64,000 nt of DNA from the human T2T-CHM13v2.0 reference genome, Homo sapiens, in NCBI RefSeq assembly GCF_009914755.1, contig NC_060928.1. One strand, written 5' to 3'. The notes beneath the pieces were generated by a model. The model had not been told where the DNA came from and ran no database searches. It worked only from the letters and a program-made list of their open reading frames with translations. Positions within the stretch are counted from its first letter, which is position 1; each line of letters opens with the position of its first letter. Positions 58,327-64,000 of the stretch are shown piece after piece. The position numbers and the translations under genes are program-made.

Positions 58327-59697
58327 TAGCTGCCCTGATTGGAGATGGGGTGAACAGGGAAGTTTCCAGTGTCACCCAGGACATTCCCAGGGGGACTAAC
58401 AGGCTTTTCTGGAGAGCAGAGTTTCCTTCATTGGAACACACTAGCTACCAATCTGACCTGGTTGCTTATGCATTGCCACATAAAACCGGGTGAAAGAAAA
58501 CACCAGCTCTTCCTTAGCTTAAATCATTACCTCATTCACTTTGAAATATATAAGCCTCAGAAATGTTGAGACAAGAGCTTTTCTTCCCCCTCACCTGCTT
58601 TGAGTCTGTAATCCCTCCTACCAAGAAAGCTAGCCTGCCTTTCTTTAGGTGAGGCTGTGCAGGATCGCCAGTTGGAGGCAGGGCTTGGCATTTCTCGTTT
58701 CACATTGCCACACTGTATTCCTTCCACATGAAACAGTGAGCTGTGCCCCCAAAGCAACTCCTTCTTCCCAAAGCTACTCATCTATGAGTGACTTGGACAA
58801 AATAAAAGTGCCAAACCTCCTCATGAATATAAAGCCAGACAGCCTGGCCTGCCCCTTGAGTATACTTTAATTAATTTACCTGAGTTCAGATGGCTTGAGC
58901 TAGAGACCTTAATATTCTCTTCTGCAAAGTGGGCGTCATAATTCCTATTTTGCAGGGTTGTCATGAAAGTTAGTGTATCTGGAATGTACTAAATGTACTA
59001 GCTACTAAGAGTTGTAGTTATTGAAAAATAAAGTAAAACAGACCCAAGTTTCACAAAAGACTGTCCTTAAGGTCCTTCAAAGAAAAAAAAAGCACATTAT
59101 AAAAGTCATTTAAGTATTTTGATACCTAGACACCTGTGAATACAATCCTACATATCTACCTTATACATATTATTTATTATTTCAAGGCCAACAGGGCCAG
59201 CTCAAAACTTGTATCATTATTTTTTGCTCGCCGTGAATCTGCCTTGAAGCTCTGAATTTAAAAGACTCAAGCAATTAGTGGAAAATCAGTCATTGTGACA
59301 ACTTTTCAAGTGGGTGGGGAGTGTCTTCAAATAGCCAATGATACGGAAACTTTCTTCACGCTCTTTTTTATATATTTTTTTAAGTCTGCATATCTAAATT
59401 GAGATCACTTGAAATGAGTCTTGCCACACTGGGCATTTAGCCTAAAAATAAACACCCAACGGAATTTGCAGCCTGGCTGGGTTCACAAGATGCACAAGGG
59501 ACCAGATTCTCCCTGCTCAAATTGGCATCGCAAATTGGCAGGGTCATTTGCATAAATACGAATATTTTATTCCAAAAAATTCTGCCCAAGTTGGGGGAGG
59601 TTGGAGCCCAGGACTGTTTGGTTTGTCCCAAAGTGGAAAGAATGTTGCTCTTGGACTTCAGGGGTTCAAGCAGAAGATCTGCTCCCAAATTAGGGTA

Positions 59698-59772
59698 TGA
59701 GAGCTATGATTGCACCACTGCGTTCCAGCCTGGGTGACAGAACAAGACCCTGTCTCTTAAAAAAAAGAAAAA
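59698..59772 (+). mobile_element. Alu 3' fragment
   Basis: gagctatgattgcaccactgcgttccagcctgggtgacaga plus A tail. Confidence 0.85.
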
Positions 59773-60447
59773 GAAGAGAGGTGGAGAGACAGGAGGATAG
59801 AAGAGGGAAGAAAGAGTTGCTGATGGAAAGGTGCAGGGCAAGATAAGCTTCCTGGGAGTGGAGGACCAGGGAATGGAATAGTTTAAGACCATCCTATGAG
59901 TGGTCGTAAACTATCCCAGATGTTTCAGGTTAGCTCAGCTCTGAAGAAAGACTTCCTTACATTTTGTAATCTGTTACACATTCTAGGTGTGGTGTCACAC
60001 AGCTGCATTCATTTGTTTTCCCCCAGATCAGTTTCTTGGTGGCTCAATTTTTTGCCCTGTCAGTCAAAAACAAATTAAGTGTCTACTGGGTACTCATGTG
60101 CTAAAGAAAAAGGAACAGTAACAAAAAGCTTCCCATTTTTCCCCAATTTCATGCAAAGAATCTGCACTGTCACTTTCAGAGCCATTTAGGATCCTGCTTT
60201 TCTGTTGCTGGTGGAAGCCCTGAAAATTAAATGAATTTTTAGTATTGCTAGTGTCTGGCTAAATTCAAGGTTTTAAAACCCACCCTAACTATGCTGCAAT
60301 TCTAGACTGAAATAATGAACAGATGTCATTTGAACTAACAATATCGAGAAGACTTTTCACTAACAACACAGTTGTCTGTCTAGAGATGGAGATTTAATTT
60401 TTTTTGTCTGATCACATGTGGAGTCCCATTTAATTTTCCCCTATCAG

Positions 60448-60750
60448 TCAAAAACAATTAAGTGAAGAGAAAGAAGCTATTCGTGATATTGTCCTTCGCA
60501 AAGAAAACTCTTTCCTGACCCACCAACATGGCAACGATTCAGAGGCAGAAGGTGAAGTTGTGTGTCGACTGCCTGATCTTGAGAAGGATGACTTTGCTGC
60601 AAGGAGAGCAAGGATGAACCAAACCAAGCCAATGGTGCCATTAAATCAACTCCTCTATGGCCCTTATCCAAAGAAAGGGGCAGAGAAATCAGATGGCAGC
60701 AAACAGCTCTCAAAGGGAATCTCAAAAAAAAGAAGTCTAGAATATAAAAG
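60448..60750 (+). CDS. LIMCH1: LIMCH1 alternative (muscle-type) exon (S-QKQLSEEKEAIRDIVLRKE...RLPDLEKDDFAARR...KKRSLEYK), 303 nt, phase 2 to 2
   Basis: Acceptor ttttcccctatcag|T, donor AG|gtgtgc; open frame continuous with ORF 60560..60829. Confidence 0.87.
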
Positions 60751-60758
60751 GTGTGCAT

Positions 60759-60759
<1 letters not shown>

Positions 60760-60797
<38 letters not shown>
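60760..60797. repeat. (GT)19 microsatellite 10 nt into the intron after exon 60448-60750
   Basis: Directly visible. Confidence 0.95.
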
Positions 60798-60798
<1 letters not shown>

Positions 60799-63235
60799 TA
60801 TGAAAGAGACACAGGGAGAGAGGACATAATTAAGTGAAGTCAGTTTGTATTGTACCCCCTCCAGTTCCTCTTTCCAGCCTCTCAATTATATGTACTTTGT
60901 AATGGGGGTTTATTTTGAAGCGGAACTTTAGATATTCAATCTCCCTTAAATGCAGATGGCAGACAGTAGAGTGTCCATGTCCAAAATAGGGCTGAATTTG
61001 CCAAAGAAACATTGAATTCCAGTGTGTAGATGTGCTGAATCAGGGCTCATCACCACATATGGGTGCTGGTGTCATCAGTTGGCATTATTAGCAAAAATAG
61101 ACATGTACTATTGCCTATCAGAGAACAGCCACCTCTCACAGCTGCTCTAGTCCATTCAAAGGAAGCAGAAAAACGCTAAAAGCACTTCTCTCTTATTAGC
61201 TACATTTAGATGTTGGAAGAAAAAAAAATGAGACTTGTTCTTTCTTCTGTCACACCAGCAACATCACCTAGACAAATGATAATGGATATTTCCCATCAAA
61301 AACACTTCTCAAACTTATACTTCTATATGTTCTGTCATAGAAATTGTTTTCAAGCCAGTTTCCTTTTGCCAACATTTTCCCCGTCCTCTTAATACATGTT
61401 GGAGTGAATTGGGGACAGGAAAATTATAGTAAGATGGAATTTGACCAGTGATTTTTGTCCTGAGAGGGAGATATGATTTCATTTAGGGAACCTACTTGCT
61501 GAATTTCATCCTGCAGAGTTAATCATTCTTGTATTTTTCCTTATATCAAAATCAGCTAGAGTTAGCATCTACATTATTGAATTGTCATCTTTTTGCCCAT
61601 CACTTTAGAGGTTTTTAAGCCTGTTGAACTTAGTATATAATTATCTCAGCTGTGCTTTAGACAATTAAAATGGTTCTTTAGGCAGAGTTGTTGAGCTCAG
61701 GGGAGTAGTTGGTCTTTTTGATTTTTCTTAGGAAGTACCAGATACAAAAACCCATGAGGGATTCCTGGATATAGAACAGGGATTCGATAAGAGAAAATCT
61801 GGCATCATTTCTTTACAGGACACATTATAGCTTCAGGAGGCCCTTGGTCTTTGCCATTGCTGTTGGCAGGCCTTGTAACAAACCATTCTTGGAGGGCCTT
61901 GTGGGAGGGATCAGTTGTGCAAGTGAAACAAAGACTTTTGGATAACTGACTAACATCAAGGCATATTGATGGCAATCAGCAATTTGAGTCAGGAAAAGGA
62001 CTAGCCTTTGTATCTCCCTTGTTTCCTTTCTCCTCCATGTAATTTTAATTCCTGATATTTCCAGCTATATTTGTCTGTTGTCACCTGACTCTGTGTTTGC
62101 GGACGCAGTTCTGGGTCTGAAGCAGCCCTTGACCTCTCTAGACAGCATCAAAGAACTTATTAAAAAAAAAAAAAAAAAGAAGGGTCCCTAGTGCCTCTTT
62201 GCCATGCCCTTCCTTGATCTCCTTCCTCAAACTAAGAAAATTCTATAGCCTTTCTATTTTTATGGGCTGTGCAAGCATGCCAAATCATCAAGGTAACAAA
62301 AGACTACCTCTTGATTTTCCAGCTTGAATGATATATTTTGTGGGAAGATTAATAGGCTCTATTTATATATTTTTTGAGATTTTTCTATTTCAAGAAGCAT
62401 ATTTAGTTAGAAATAGACTTTTAATGGAATATTTATATATATAAATGCCACAGCTTTGGTTTAAATCGCAGTTTTGTCAACATTAGCCAGCTAAGGTTCA
62501 CTTCATAGGAGAACAATGGAAAATATCAGTTTTAGCATCAATAAAGGTGAACGGTTATTAACACAAGAAACAAGTGGGTATTGACCCTGTCAATCCAGGT
62601 AAAGAGGAATACCCTCTGCTTTTCAAGTTTGCATTAGCCAAACCTGACTAATGCCATGAAGCAGACGTTGAGTTTAAACATTGAAACTTTCTGTTCAGAA
62701 TTGACTTAGATGTACTTTCTGGCAGCTGTGGGTTTAGGTTTGAGATGTTTAATATGTGAACAATGTTCCAGCTATCTCCAAACTAATCCTAGAATTTGGA
62801 TCATGCAGAGCTCATTATGAACATTTTACTAATGCAGTAAAAAACATTCCAAGAGGGCTAAGGGATTCATCAGAAAACCCGAATTCATTACAGTAACTTG
62901 AATAGTGTGGGAATTGGGCATCATTACCATCCAACCAAAATCTCATTACCATTAGTAATCTTTCAGCAGGCACGGCTTCTTTTCCTAAACTGTAGTTGAG
63001 ACTGTCATCTGGAAGGGGAAAAAAACCTCTGTCTCATTCAGAGTTGTAATAAGGGTGGTATAGATGAAAGTCATCACAGCTCCCGTTGATTCCATTTTTG
63101 AGAAAGAGAAAAGTGTTTCCATCATTTTGTTCTGTCCTCAGCCTGTGAGTTTCCATGCTTGACATTCTCTTTGTCTGCTCCCCTTCCTTGAACTTGATTT
63201 TTCCATTGGTGTGGGGGCCCGGATCAAATGGACAG

Positions 63236-63478
63236 AAACCAGGGCCACACAGAAGAGGTGAAGTTGATAGTGACCTGTAACATGAGGGCTCAGGAAAGTG
63301 AACCTGTGGAAGGAGGACTCAGGAAGGTGCCAGATCTTCACAAGGATGACCTGGCCCAGCAGAGAATTCAGGGCAGCCTTGCCCCTCACCGCGAGCCCCC
63401 GAGCTTCATTACGCTCTCCAACATAACAGAAGCTGACTTGGAGACGTGGGAGAGACTCAAAGTGTCAGAAAAGGCGAG
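63236..63478 (+). CDS. LIMCH1: LIMCH1 alternative (muscle-type) exon (R-NQGHTEEVKLIV...RKVPDLHKDDLAQQR...WERLKVSEKA), 243 nt, phase 2 to 2
   Basis: Acceptor gacag|A, donor AG|gtgtgt; length divisible by 3; within ORF 63228..63533. Confidence 0.85.
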
Positions 63479-63559
63479 GTGTGTCATGTTTCCCCCCCAG
63501 TTTCCCCCTGGCAGTCATGGTATTTCATTTTGAAGGCATCAAATGCTTATCTTTGTGTC

Positions 63560-64000
<441 letters not shown>

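Overview
Human (or great-ape) genomic DNA, not prokaryotic. It is repeat-rich (Alu, L1, L2, MIR, MaLR LTRs, Tigger/Charlie/mariner elements) and lies inside one + strand gene, LIMCH1 (LIM and calponin homology domains 1; LMO7 paralogue; human 4p13), recognised from the spliced translation. Bases 1-32664 are intronic. Five exons follow (32665-32771, 37620-37650, 39639-39749, 47210-47405, 52929-53181), encoding the C-terminal half of the CH domain and the Ser/Asp-rich region. Three symmetric phase-2 cassette exons (54165-54431, 60448-60750, 63236-63478) fit the start of the known skeletal-muscle-specific exon block. Nearly all supplied ORFs are Alu/L1 or chance ORFs. I see no novel multi-gene system; the interesting signal is RNA-processing architecture. 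Candidates: a 47-nt poison exon with a perfect TACTAAC branch point, a dual-use alternative exon (39-nt in-frame cassette or MDSERQVK start), a duplicated decoy 3' splice site, a stop-free 249-nt circle flanked by inverted Alus, a peptide motif repeated once per exon, RBFOX/QKI/UG elements around the muscle exons, and a MADE1 hairpin with symmetric substitutions. Repeat boundaries and subfamilies were read by eye and are approximate.
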